Below, in pieces: positions 43,646 to 52,602 of a stretch of 64,000 nucleotides of DNA. Positions within the stretch are counted from its first letter, which is position 1, and each line of letters starts with the position of its first letter. Origin of the DNA: a virus (taxonomy: Duplodnaviria; Caudoviricetes); IMG/VR virus record IMGVR_UViG_3300011405_000002, positions 1,451 through 65,450 of that record; one strand, 5' to 3'. Below the pieces are notes generated by a model. That model did no database searches and had not been told where the DNA came from. It saw only the letters and a program-made list of their open reading frames with translations. The position numbers and the translations under genes are program-made.

Positions 43646-44776
43646 ATGCCCGATCCGATCCTGGATCCACTTAACGTTACGACTCTAAAGGAAATCTACC
43701 CCGCGGTCATCGAAGACTTGTTCTTCCTGAACGCCCCTTTCCTTGCCCACATGCGCGCGAAGGCCCTCGTACCGTTTGGTGGTGGCGCCTTCATGCAGAA
43801 CGACTTTGCGTACGGCGCACTGATCGGCGGCTTCTATCAGCCGGGCGACAACTTCAACATCGATGTCGTGGACGTTCTCTCTGCGACGATCTTCGATCCG
43901 AAGTATGTACAGGTGACGCTTTCCGAGTATCTCGAGAACATGCTCGTCACCAACAAGGGCCCCTTGGCGGTCTTCTCGCTGGTGAACACGAAACTGCGTA
44001 TCGCGATGAACACGATCTCCGCGATCGTCGCGGTGGCGCTCAACCGGCACGGGCAGCCGTCCGGTGGTGGTGTGGTCGGCAATCGTCCCAAGGCGATCAA
44101 CGGCACCATCGAAGCCTACAACAACGGGACTGACCCCGGGTGGGAGGGATCGATCTTCACGGCGTATGGCACCCAGGCGCGCAACGGCGTGGTTGGCGAC
44201 TCCCTGAACTCGACTCCGTATTGGAACGGCACAGCGGCAGGCGCAGCGGCACCGATCTCCTATCCGGTGATTGAGGAGACCTACCAGGATTGCTGCCGTG
44301 GTGCGGAGGAACCCGATCTCGGCATCGGCAACAAGGCTGTGTTCGCGTACATCAAAGAGCGCATCCAGACCCAGCAGATTTACCAGCAGGAACGGGATCC
44401 GTTCTACGGCGCGTCAGGCTTCAAGATCAACAACGCGATGTTCTTGAAGGACGACTACTTCCCGTCCCTGAAGTACGGCAAGAATCAGCCGCTCATCGGG
44501 AACTGGCTGACGTCGACATTCGTGTCGCCGGCTTCCCCGACAGCCGCGTCGAACTACCCGGTCTCGCAGACTTGCACAGTCGGCGAACTGTTCATGTGGT
44601 TCAACACCTCGAAGTGGATGCTCCGAATCGCGAACGATCCTGAATTCGGATTTGGCTGGTCTGGCTTCGTGAGAGCTCAGGACGGAACGCGCGTGGCCGG
44701 GCAAGTTAAGGCCTCGCTCAACGCACAAAATCGTGCGCCATGGAGTGGCAAGCAAGTCCTTGGAATCAACGGTTGA
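43646..44776 (+). CDS. Major capsid protein (HK97 fold)
   Basis: 376 aa, strong RBS and strongly biased codon use; TT......IED....P.L..., ...G..F.G..F..D pattern. Confidence 0.85.
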   Translation: MPDPILDPLNVTTLKEIYPAVIEDLFFLNAPFLAHMRAKALVPFGGGAFMQNDFAYGALIGGFYQPGDNFNIDVVDVLSATIFDPKYVQVTLSEYLENMLVTNKGPLAVFSLVNTKLRIAMNTISAIVAVALNRHGQPSGGGVVGNRPKAINGTIEAYNNGTDPGWEGSIFTAYGTQARNGVVGDSLNSTPYWNGTAAGAAAPISYPVIEETYQDCCRGAEEPDLGIGNKAVFAYIKERIQTQQIYQQERDPFYGASGFKINNAMFLKDDYFPSLKYGKNQPLIGNWLTSTFVSPASPTAASNYPVSQTCTVGELFMWFNTSKWMLRIANDPEFGFGWSGFVRAQDGTRVAGQVKASLNAQNRAPWSGKQVLGING

Positions 44777-44799
44777 TTAAGCCGTAACGTCTCTAAAAC

Positions 44800-44817
44800 G
44801 GGGGCTGTAGAGCCCCC
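44800..44817 (+). other. GC hairpin after the major capsid gene
   Basis: GGGGGCT-GTAG-AGCCCCC. Confidence 0.4.
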
Positions 44818-44858
44818 TTCCAGATCGCCCAAGGAAGGGCTCGAAGGAGGATTTCACA

Positions 44859-45521
44859 ATGCCCAGTCGTTTTGAACAAGTCATCAACTCGATGTCGAGT
44901 GGTAGCCAGCGCGGCTACAACACCGTCAACGATCCCACGCCTGGAATGGCGGTCTCTTCCGGAACCGGCGCACAGAAGATTTCCCAGTTGGGCAATCGGC
45001 TGGTGCTCGGCCCTGACGAGATTCTGTACGATTCCACCATCGGCACGCTTTACGGCGGCGTTTATCAGTACGTGCGGTTTCGCTCGGCTGATGTCACGGC
45101 GGCGGCGCGCGGGCTGATCTATCTGTGGGACACCACAGTCGACGAGGATCTTTATCAGGTATCGAACCTGGAGACCATCGGTGGCACAGCCGGTTCTCAG
45201 ACGTGCTCGTTCCGCGCGGGCATTTGCCTGAACGCGGTGACGGCCGCATACTATGCGTGGATTCAGGTGGCCGGGAAAGCCTCCGTGGACTTCCGCGCGG
45301 TTCTCACGGGTGTCGCCGCGGACGGCTGCGGGGTATACCAGGCAAATGCAGGAGCTGGAGCGGATAACGCAACGGCTGACGTTCTGGATGGCAGCGGTGC
45401 CAATCCGACGTTCGATCAGGTGGCGCAGATGCAGCGCCTGTATCTCGGCCAGGCAGACGGTATTCCGGTTGCCGGTGCAATTTCGACAATCATGAACATG
45501 CCGCTCTTGCTGCGGGTTTGA
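44859..45521 (+). CDS. Probable capsid decoration/cement protein
   Basis: G..YQYVRF...AG......A..YAWIQV.G pattern; follows the capsid gene. Confidence 0.65.
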   Translation: MPSRFEQVINSMSSGSQRGYNTVNDPTPGMAVSSGTGAQKISQLGNRLVLGPDEILYDSTIGTLYGGVYQYVRFRSADVTAAARGLIYLWDTTVDEDLYQVSNLETIGGTAGSQTCSFRAGICLNAVTAAYYAWIQVAGKASVDFRAVLTGVAADGCGVYQANAGAGADNATADVLDGSGANPTFDQVAQMQRLYLGQADGIPVAGAISTIMNMPLLLRV

Positions 45522-45531
45522 AGGAGAGACC

Positions 45532-46461
45532 ATGAAAAAGAAACTTACACTTATTGCATTTGCAGCCGCGGTGATGGCGCTTTCGGCATTGCCGTTTTTC
45601 AGTCAGGCGAATCTGCGGCAGCCGACAGTCAGCACGACCGGGCTCCTGAACGTAACCTGGACGGCCGGCACATTGAACAACGGTGGGCATGCCGTTGCGA
45701 TCACTGCGGGTACGCTTAATGCGACGGCCAGTAAGACCGATTGCGCGGCGCCTACCTACACGTCGTGCGATTTCGTGTATGCGGATTCGTCTGGAACCGT
45801 TGCGCACTCCGCGACTCTTGCCACCGCCGCGGCCTCTGGCAACACGATCATGGCGATCATCGAGTCGAGCGGTACGGCGATCACGAAAATGTCGTTCCCG
45901 TTGCAGAACTCAGGCGTTGGACTTGCCGGACTTGGTGTTATCACTTCGCCGACTCTCGTCACGCCAAACATTGGCGCAGCGACCGGAACCTCCCTTGACT
46001 TAACTGGTTCAGTCGACGTCGGCGTTGCCGGAACCACAGTCGGTACCGTGGTGATGCACAATGCAACATCCGGCGCAATCACCCTAACTCCAACCACCGG
46101 GGCTCTTGGCACTGTATCGGCCACATTCCCGGCTGCGTCGATCACGGTTCCTGGAACCACGATGACCTCGTGTCTTACATCTGCTACCTGTGCAACACCT
46201 ACAGCGCAGAGTACAAACGGTAAGATAGCCTACGGTTCTGGGGCTTTGTCATCGGCTACTCCATCGGTGGCTACTATTTCGGGCATCTCCCCGGCTTTTA
46301 CAGCCACAACGTCAATGTTCTGTACTGCAAGTCCGCTTGGTACGACAGCGACAATTGCGGCATCTTCCATGGTAATCAACCTTGTTTCTACTTCATCCTT
46401 TACCGTAACCGGGCCAGACACTGTTACCACGGGATTTCACTGGATTTGCGTCGGCAATTAA
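45532..46461 (+). CDS. Signal-peptide-bearing fibre-like protein
   Basis: MKKKLTLIAFAAAVMALSALPFFSQA; TSPTLVTPNIGAATG fibre repeat; C-terminal WICVGN. Confidence 0.7.
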   Translation: MKKKLTLIAFAAAVMALSALPFFSQANLRQPTVSTTGLLNVTWTAGTLNNGGHAVAITAGTLNATASKTDCAAPTYTSCDFVYADSSGTVAHSATLATAAASGNTIMAIIESSGTAITKMSFPLQNSGVGLAGLGVITSPTLVTPNIGAATGTSLDLTGSVDVGVAGTTVGTVVMHNATSGAITLTPTTGALGTVSATFPAASITVPGTTMTSCLTSATCATPTAQSTNGKIAYGSGALSSATPSVATISGISPAFTATTSMFCTASPLGTTATIAASSMVINLVSTSSFTVTGPDTVTTGFHWICVGN

Positions 46462-46471
46462 GGAGTAATCA

Positions 46472-46810
46472 ATGGCAGCAACAGTAGCAACCGCGATTGT
46501 CCAGCAGAAGGTTGTAGCTCATGCCACTGCGATGAAGGGTGTGCCCGTGTATTACACGGGTCCCTCTTTGTACACGCAGTTGGCCGGTGGCGGCGACGTC
46601 CTGCAGGCGCAATCGATCATGTTGAAAAACATCTTCGCGGCTGGCGTCGTTGCAGATTCGACAGGCACCTATTGGATCATTCCGATCCTGACGTCAGGTC
46701 CAACGACTTCGATCAAGTTCATGTGGGTCACAATCGCGACTGGCGCGGAAGTGGCAGGTTCCACGGATCTTGACGGCTATCACGCGAATCTGATGGTCTG
46801 GGGTAACTAA
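46472..46810 (+). CDS. Small structural protein
   Basis: YT...GG..L......L..I, ...GAEVA...DL pattern. Confidence 0.6.
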   Translation: MAATVATAIVQQKVVAHATAMKGVPVYYTGPSLYTQLAGGGDVLQAQSIMLKNIFAAGVVADSTGTYWIIPILTSGPTTSIKFMWVTIATGAEVAGSTDLDGYHANLMVWGN

Positions 46811-46832
46811 TAGCAGGGGTCATGGGTAGCAA

Positions 46833-47834
46833 ATGGCAGATGTCGTCAGCTTGGCTTCAGAGTTGGTGGGTTGGGTGCCAAAGCTTCCTCCAGGCTTGGC
46901 TCGGATCCTTGTCAACAGGGCTTGGCGCGACATCTGCGATTCCCGTCTTTGGAGTTTTCTAGTCGAGGACGCGCAGATATACTCGCCGGCGCTCATCTCC
47001 GATGGCACGGCTTCCGTAACTCAATTCTCCGATCAGGTCACTCTTGACGCCACGGCTTCGGCTTTGGTGCTCGCCCAGGTTCTCAACACGGGTGCCCCGA
47101 TGAACACCAGGCAGTTCCGGGTTTCGACCACAGGGCCGATCTACAACATCACGGCGATCGATGTGACGAATCCTGCGGCCATTGTGCTGACGATTGCTCT
47201 GGGGACCAATGCGATAGGGTATTCGGGGGAGACAAACGCGGCGGCAAGTTATCAAATTTTCCGCTGCTATTACGACGCTCCGTCCAGAGACTTTAAGAAG
47301 TGGCTCTCTGTTTACGACCCGTCGTCAGGCTACTGGCTGAAGATCAACAAGCAGCAGGCTGATATTAATCGAATGGACCCCCAGCGCTCATCGCAAGGGC
47401 AGCCGTATATCGTGGCAAGCTTCAAGGCTGGATCAGCCGCAAATGGCCGCGCGCCAAAACAGGAGTGGTACCCAACGCCGACGTTCGAAAAAAGCTATTC
47501 AACCCTGTACATACGGCGAGGCGCTGAGCTTGTTGACGATGAAGATATCCCGGATACGATCCCGCCTGGCCTTGTTGTTTGGAAAGCTCTGTCGCATTCC
47601 GGAATGTGGGGGCTGGCTAATCAGGGAGCGATACCCGACCTGCGTGGCGTGGACTGGCGCTACTTCATCACTCACGGTCAGGAGAACTACGACAAGATGC
47701 TGCCGGGCGTGAAGAAGACAGACGACGAAGTTTATCTGATGAGTCTGGTTAAGCGAACGAACAATTCGCAGTGGCCTTTAGACTCGAAATGGCTCCAGAG
47801 TCATTGCCCATGGGGTGCCGGAGGTGGGTGGTGA
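46833..47834 (+). CDS. Head-tail adaptor-like protein
   Basis: LVNRAWRDIC....WSFL; W.P.P...Y...Y.R. Confidence 0.6.
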   Translation: MADVVSLASELVGWVPKLPPGLARILVNRAWRDICDSRLWSFLVEDAQIYSPALISDGTASVTQFSDQVTLDATASALVLAQVLNTGAPMNTRQFRVSTTGPIYNITAIDVTNPAAIVLTIALGTNAIGYSGETNAAASYQIFRCYYDAPSRDFKKWLSVYDPSSGYWLKINKQQADINRMDPQRSSQGQPYIVASFKAGSAANGRAPKQEWYPTPTFEKSYSTLYIRRGAELVDDEDIPDTIPPGLVVWKALSHSGMWGLANQGAIPDLRGVDWRYFITHGQENYDKMLPGVKKTDDEVYLMSLVKRTNNSQWPLDSKWLQSHCPWGAGGGW

Positions 47835-48373
47835 TTTCGCTTTTTAGAGTTTCGTCGTTGGCTGTGTGGAATTTGCGGTGTCGTCAGAGCGTCGTGAATG
47901 CTCCATCCAGAACGGATGCGATTGCGCAATCGCTCTACAGGAAGTTTGTAAGTCTCAGCCCACGCGAACAGATGCTTTGTCTCTCCTTTGTAGGTATAGA
48001 GTCGATTGTTGCGCTTATTCATGTGCTGTTGGCTTCGAGTGGCCCAACGCACATTACCGGGTTCGTAGTTGCCGTTATTGTTGGGATAGCGGTCCAAGGA
48101 ATGATTCGAACTTGGCCGCTGTCCGACATCTCTCAGAAATGTCGCGAAATCACGAAACCACTCTTCGCAAACTACGATACCTCTGCCTCCATAGTGTTCG
48201 AAATGAACGTATCCAGGATTTGTGCATCGCTGCTTCATATTGACCCACGCCTCATACTCAGGAGTTTTGTGGCTTCCGTGAGTGACGCAGGCGGCTTGAG
48301 CTTTGAGAATATTCTTCTTGGATGCCGCGAGATGCTTCGCGCTTTCCACAAATGGTACTATTCGTTTAGCCAT
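47801..48373 (-). CDS. HNH homing endonuclease, antisense insertion in the structural cluster
   Basis: W.NMKQRC.NP...YGGRGI.VC.EW, HSLDR..NNNGNYEPGNVRWAT. Confidence 0.9.
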   Translation of the reverse strand: MAKRIVPFVESAKHLAASKKNILKAQAACVTHGSHKTPEYEAWVNMKQRCTNPGYVHFEHYGGRGIVVCEEWFRDFATFLRDVGQRPSSNHSLDRYPNNNGNYEPGNVRWATRSQQHMNKRNNRLYTYKGETKHLFAWAETYKLPVERLRNRIRSGWSIHDALTTPQIPHSQRRNSKKRNHHPPPAPHGQ

Positions 48374-48483
48374 TGCGTGATACGTCCTTTCCGTATTGCG
48401 ATTGGTGAGGCCTCGAAGAGAGCGTCAACTTTCATCGGGGCCGTTTCTATGTTAGCAAACGTTCCAGTTTAAGGAGAACAAAA

Positions 48484-48720
48484 ATGGGCGACCTTCACTC
48501 CACGTTTACCGACGCGATTCCGGCTCCGTCAATTGATCCTAAAGTGCCAATCAGTCAGCCGGGAGGTGAGTCGATGAATTCCCCGTTTAAGGACGGGAAC
48601 ATGGGTACCGGATCGATGCAGAGTCCGGCTATTCCATCTGGTCTTGCTATCGGAAATCTCACGCAAGGACCACTTGCTACGCCATTTCGCGACGGCCCCA
48701 TGAAAGGCAAGAACTCGTAG
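48484..48720 (+). CDS. Small Pro/Gly-rich protein
   Basis: AAGGAG RBS; internal PF.DG repeat. Confidence 0.55.
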   Translation: MGDLHSTFTDAIPAPSIDPKVPISQPGGESMNSPFKDGNMGTGSMQSPAIPSGLAIGNLTQGPLATPFRDGPMKGKNS

Positions 48721-48728
48721 GAGGACCC

Positions 48729-50729
48729 GTGCGTCGACTTCTTATTCTGATCGGATTGCTGCTCTGCGCCCAGACTGCGTTTGGATTCGAGAAGTATCAG
48801 AACTGGGTGCAGCAGGGAGGGCAGACGATAACGACTGCTGGCATCGCGAGCACGTCCTTTGCTCAAAGATCATTTCTGACTGGGGCGTGCTCCGGGAAGC
48901 CGTGTATCACTGTCTACGATCCTCCCGGTCAAACGTCGACTCTAGCGACTATTTATTCCGATAATGGCGTGACGCCACTCGCAAACCCATTCGCCATTCA
49001 GGGTGCGACAACAGGCCAGTTCTTCTTCTACGCAGCAGCCGGGCATTACGATGTCCGGGTCACTGCAACCGGCATGACCACCTACACGCTGGGCGATGTT
49101 GTTATCGGCACCCCCGGGCTGAACGATTGCACGAACTTCCCCGGGGCTAACGCTGGCGCTCAGATCGCGGCATGCGTGGCAGCGCTGCCGTCGACGGGCG
49201 GAACTGCTGACGCGAGAGGCTTCAAGGGCGCTCAAACATGGTCGGCTCCCGTGGCGATCTCCCGGAACACGAATCTTCTGCTCGGAGCCGCAACCTATAC
49301 CGTCACAGGAAATGCTTTCTCCTATTCCTCTGGCGTGCTCTACGTTCGCGGGTTGGACATGGGGCAGACCACGATTGCCTTGTCTGGTACGTCCGCGTGG
49401 AACTTTAATCCAGCCTACGTAACCAGCGGTATGGGTTTTTCGAACCTAAGTGTTACTTCAACCTCGACATCATCTGACGCTGTTCCGATTGGTAACGCCT
49501 CATTCATCCCAGGCTACGTCGATATCCACGACGTCAAGATTACGGGCCCGGGTGGAACGACGGGAAGTGCTGACGGGTTTGCCATTGCAGGCATACAAGT
49601 CTCGCAGCTTCAAAACATCTGGATCTTCAAGTATCCCGGCGATTGCCTGCATATCGATGCGGAAGGTAGCGGAGAAACGCACTTCATTAACGTGAATCCT
49701 GATTCTTGTGGCGACTGGGGAATCCATATCCTGAGCACGACTGTCAATCAGTCGGGCGGATATACGTTCACTGATTCGATTATTTCTAACCGCGATTTGA
49801 TAAGTGGCTCTGGAGGCGTCGCTGTCCAGAAGGCATCTGGGGCGCAGGCACAACTAAACTTCACATTCATTGGCGGGGGATCAGACAACATCAAGGGCGG
49901 TCCTGCGATGTTGTTCAAGAACACCTCAAATATCAAGGTCATCGGCGCTCAGGTGTTTCAGGCGGATTCTGCTGGAACAAACTGCAATCTGAACGCTGGC
50001 ACGAATTGTTATGCCGGGATTCATGTTTTCAACGTCAATAATGCAATCATCGCCGGAAATACTATCGCCAGTAATTCTCGGACTGTTGCGTTCGAGGATG
50101 TGGTCAATGCTGTCGTGGTTTCTGGAAATGTACTTCTCGGTGACGGCACGAACACGGTCGGCTATTTCATTGAAACCGGAACCATCACCAAAGGGTACAT
50201 CGACACGACGAACACGACGACGATTGGCGGTATCTACGATCTCGGGATGATGACCAACAGTCCTGCCGATATGCTTGCTGCGCGCAGCACGTTCCTGAAC
50301 GGCTACCCCGACTCCTACGGCAACTACATTCAAGGCACCTCGCGCCTTTGCGCTTTAACGGGCGCTACGCCGTGCAAGAACTGGAAGGTCGAGTCTGGCG
50401 TCCTGCGGCTTTTTGCTAACGACAACTCCACGCGAATTCTGCAAGTCGGTGACGACGGCACGCTGGAGGTTCAGACAAAACTGATACAGCCTTCAGCCGA
50501 TACCTGGGCTGGAACTGCGACAATCACGAACGGTCAAGTAAATGCGACAGTCACGTTCCCAGTAGCCTACGGCAGCGTGCCTTCCTGCACAATGTCGCCG
50601 CGAGCCGATCCTGGCGTGGGCGTTCGTTGGTATAAGAACGCGAATACGGCACAGTTGGTTGTTACGATGACCTCCGCATCGGTAGGTAGTACGGTGTTTG
50701 ATTACATCTGCGTTGGAAACCCGAACTGA
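48729..50729 (+). CDS. Signal-peptide-bearing tailspike-like beta-helix protein
   Basis: MRRLLILIGLLLCAQTAFG; TIYSDNG.TPLANPF head domain; I..N repeats; C-terminal FP.AY...P.C...YICVGN. Confidence 0.7.
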   Translation: MRRLLILIGLLLCAQTAFGFEKYQNWVQQGGQTITTAGIASTSFAQRSFLTGACSGKPCITVYDPPGQTSTLATIYSDNGVTPLANPFAIQGATTGQFFFYAAAGHYDVRVTATGMTTYTLGDVVIGTPGLNDCTNFPGANAGAQIAACVAALPSTGGTADARGFKGAQTWSAPVAISRNTNLLLGAATYTVTGNAFSYSSGVLYVRGLDMGQTTIALSGTSAWNFNPAYVTSGMGFSNLSVTSTSTSSDAVPIGNASFIPGYVDIHDVKITGPGGTTGSADGFAIAGIQVSQLQNIWIFKYPGDCLHIDAEGSGETHFINVNPDSCGDWGIHILSTTVNQSGGYTFTDSIISNRDLISGSGGVAVQKASGAQAQLNFTFIGGGSDNIKGGPAMLFKNTSNIKVIGAQVFQADSAGTNCNLNAGTNCYAGIHVFNVNNAIIAGNTIASNSRTVAFEDVVNAVVVSGNVLLGDGTNTVGYFIETGTITKGYIDTTNTTTIGGIYDLGMMTNSPADMLAARSTFLNGYPDSYGNYIQGTSRLCALTGATPCKNWKVESGVLRLFANDNSTRILQVGDDGTLEVQTKLIQPSADTWAGTATITNGQVNATVTFPVAYGSVPSCTMSPRADPGVGVRWYKNANTAQLVVTMTSASVGSTVFDYICVGNPN

Positions 50730-50735
50730 GGATGG

Positions 50736-52103
50736 ATGCCTTACTCCTTCATCACATGGTCCCAACTGAAGCAGCAACTGGCAGGCCGACTGTCGATCAC
50801 TCTCACTGCGACTTCCTACTGGGCTGACACTGAACTCGGGCTGATTCTCGCGGAAGCCCTTCGCACGTACGGTAGCATCACGCAGTTTTGGAAAGAGCGC
50901 GGTGTTTTCAATACGGTCTCCGGGACGGCATTTTACGATCTGACCGTTCAACTTCCTTCGCTTCTCGGGATGACGATCACCGACCGCGACATGATCCTGC
51001 AGTTGCAGTATGCGCTGATGGAGAATCAGGCTATCAGTTCGCAATCCTCATGGCTCGGCACGGAGCAATTCACCCTCGACGATCTTACCCAGGCGCTGCA
51101 GCGGCGAAGAAATCAACTTCTTGTTGAAACCGGGATCATGCTGACCAACTCGCAGCCGGCCGTTCCGCCTTCGCCGATTGGCAGGGTGCCGCTTTCCGAG
51201 AACGTCATTGATGTCCGGTGGGCATCATGGGTGGGCCTCAGTGACGCGGGCGCGGCGGTTTATCGGCAACTTCAACGGTCGGATGAATTCGGACTGAATG
51301 CCTTTTCGCGGGGCTGGGCGCTGAACGCCGGAAGACCGACGCAGTACAGCGTTGCGATTACGCCTCCGGTATCACTCCAGTTGGCCCCTCCTCCGAACGA
51401 CGTTGGGTCTCTGGACATGCTTTCGGTGAATGCCGGGGCAAACTTCAATCCCTCAGTGTCGGCCACGCTATTGGGCATCCCTGACGATTTGTCGTGGGTT
51501 CTGAAGTGGGGAGCGCTGGCTGACTTGTTTGGGCGCGCCGGCATGTCTCAGGATCTGCTGAGAGCTCAATACTGCGAGATGCGGTGGCGCCAGGGCGTTG
51601 AGATTGCGCGGATGCAGTCGCCTCTGATGAACGCTCAGATTCAGGGCGTGGACGTGCAGATTTCTTCTCTCGAAGACTTTGAGCGGTTCGATCAGACCTA
51701 CTGGAGAAACACTTCAGATCAGCCGACAAAGGTCGGAGTGTGTGGCTACAACATGATCGCGCTATCGAAGGTGCCGAACGGAATCTATTCAGTTACTGGA
51801 GATATCGCCAGGAAGGCGCCTATCCCGGTAGTTGATGGCCCGGTACAAATGAGCCAAGAAGAACTCGACGTGATCCTGGATTACGCCGAACACGTCGCAG
51901 TATCCAAGCAGGGCGGGTCGACGCTGACAGACTCGATGCCTTTGATGAACAACTTCTATCGGATGGCTTCGATCAGGAACCAGAGGATGCGGGCGAATGC
52001 GGCATTCTTCGAAGCATTGGGCGATAGGGCGATCAGGCCGAAAGAGCAGCATCCGCGAAGGTCGCCCAGAGAGACTCAGGACGTGCAGGAGGTTTCGAAG
52101 TAA
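50736..52103 (+). CDS. Second adaptor / tail tubular A-like protein
   Basis: W...EL...L.EALR; P..Y......L.P.P motifs repeated. Confidence 0.6.
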   Translation: MPYSFITWSQLKQQLAGRLSITLTATSYWADTELGLILAEALRTYGSITQFWKERGVFNTVSGTAFYDLTVQLPSLLGMTITDRDMILQLQYALMENQAISSQSSWLGTEQFTLDDLTQALQRRRNQLLVETGIMLTNSQPAVPPSPIGRVPLSENVIDVRWASWVGLSDAGAAVYRQLQRSDEFGLNAFSRGWALNAGRPTQYSVAITPPVSLQLAPPPNDVGSLDMLSVNAGANFNPSVSATLLGIPDDLSWVLKWGALADLFGRAGMSQDLLRAQYCEMRWRQGVEIARMQSPLMNAQIQGVDVQISSLEDFERFDQTYWRNTSDQPTKVGVCGYNMIALSKVPNGIYSVTGDIARKAPIPVVDGPVQMSQEELDVILDYAEHVAVSKQGGSTLTDSMPLMNNFYRMASIRNQRMRANAAFFEALGDRAIRPKEQHPRRSPRETQDVQEVSK

Positions 52104-52387
52104 TGGACGAACTATTTGCTCACCCGAAGGTAATTCTCGAAGTGCTCATTGCCTATTGGCTTTTCAGCGCGTTCGTCACCAGCATGCCGCCACCGGAAGT
52201 CGGATCATTTTGGTATAAATGGATCTACGATCTGCTTCATCTTTTCGCTGGTTCAGTCAAGAAATTCGCTGACAGCAAAATACAGTCCTTGGAGTCTAGC
52301 GTGAGCCGAAAGACTCCAGACGGAGGAGAGGTTGTCGAGAAAACGACCATCAAGGAAACAGGGCCAGCGCCAGACGGGAAATCGTGA
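52103..52387 (+). CDS. Holin-like membrane protein
   Basis: Hydrophobic segment, MP.P....WY.W.Y..LH, charged tail. Confidence 0.5.
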   Translation: MDELFAHPKVILEVLIAYWLFSAFVTSMPPPEVGSFWYKWIYDLLHLFAGSVKKFADSKIQSLESSVSRKTPDGGEVVEKTTIKETGPAPDGKS

Positions 52388-52602
52388 AAGCGCCGACTGT
52401 CTCATTTGATTTGCTCTGGAAAGTCGCCGGTCTGGTTTTTGTAGCTGGAATGCTGTACTCGAATACGAAGGCTTCAGGAGAACAGACTCGGCGCGATCTG
52501 GAGACTCACGCCACGTCAGAAGAAAAGCGGATTGATCGTGAGGAAAAGCGGATTGATCGTATCGAGGAATACCTTGCTGCATTGCGGAGGAATGGGCTGT
52601 AG
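52384..52602 (+). CDS. Small single-TM coiled-coil protein
   Basis: TM followed by EEKRIDR twice. Confidence 0.55.
   Translation: MKAPTVSFDLLWKVAGLVFVAGMLYSNTKASGEQTRRDLETHATSEEKRIDREEKRIDRIEEYLAALRRNGL
52519..52560 (+). repeat. 21-bp tandem duplication
   Basis: GAAGAAAAGCGGATTGATCGT / GAGGAAAAGCGGATTGATCGT. Confidence 0.8.

Noticed and set aside
44770-44860. Programmed frameshift or read-through extending the capsid protein
   Set aside because: The capsid ends TGA followed closely by TAA, with no slippery heptamer.
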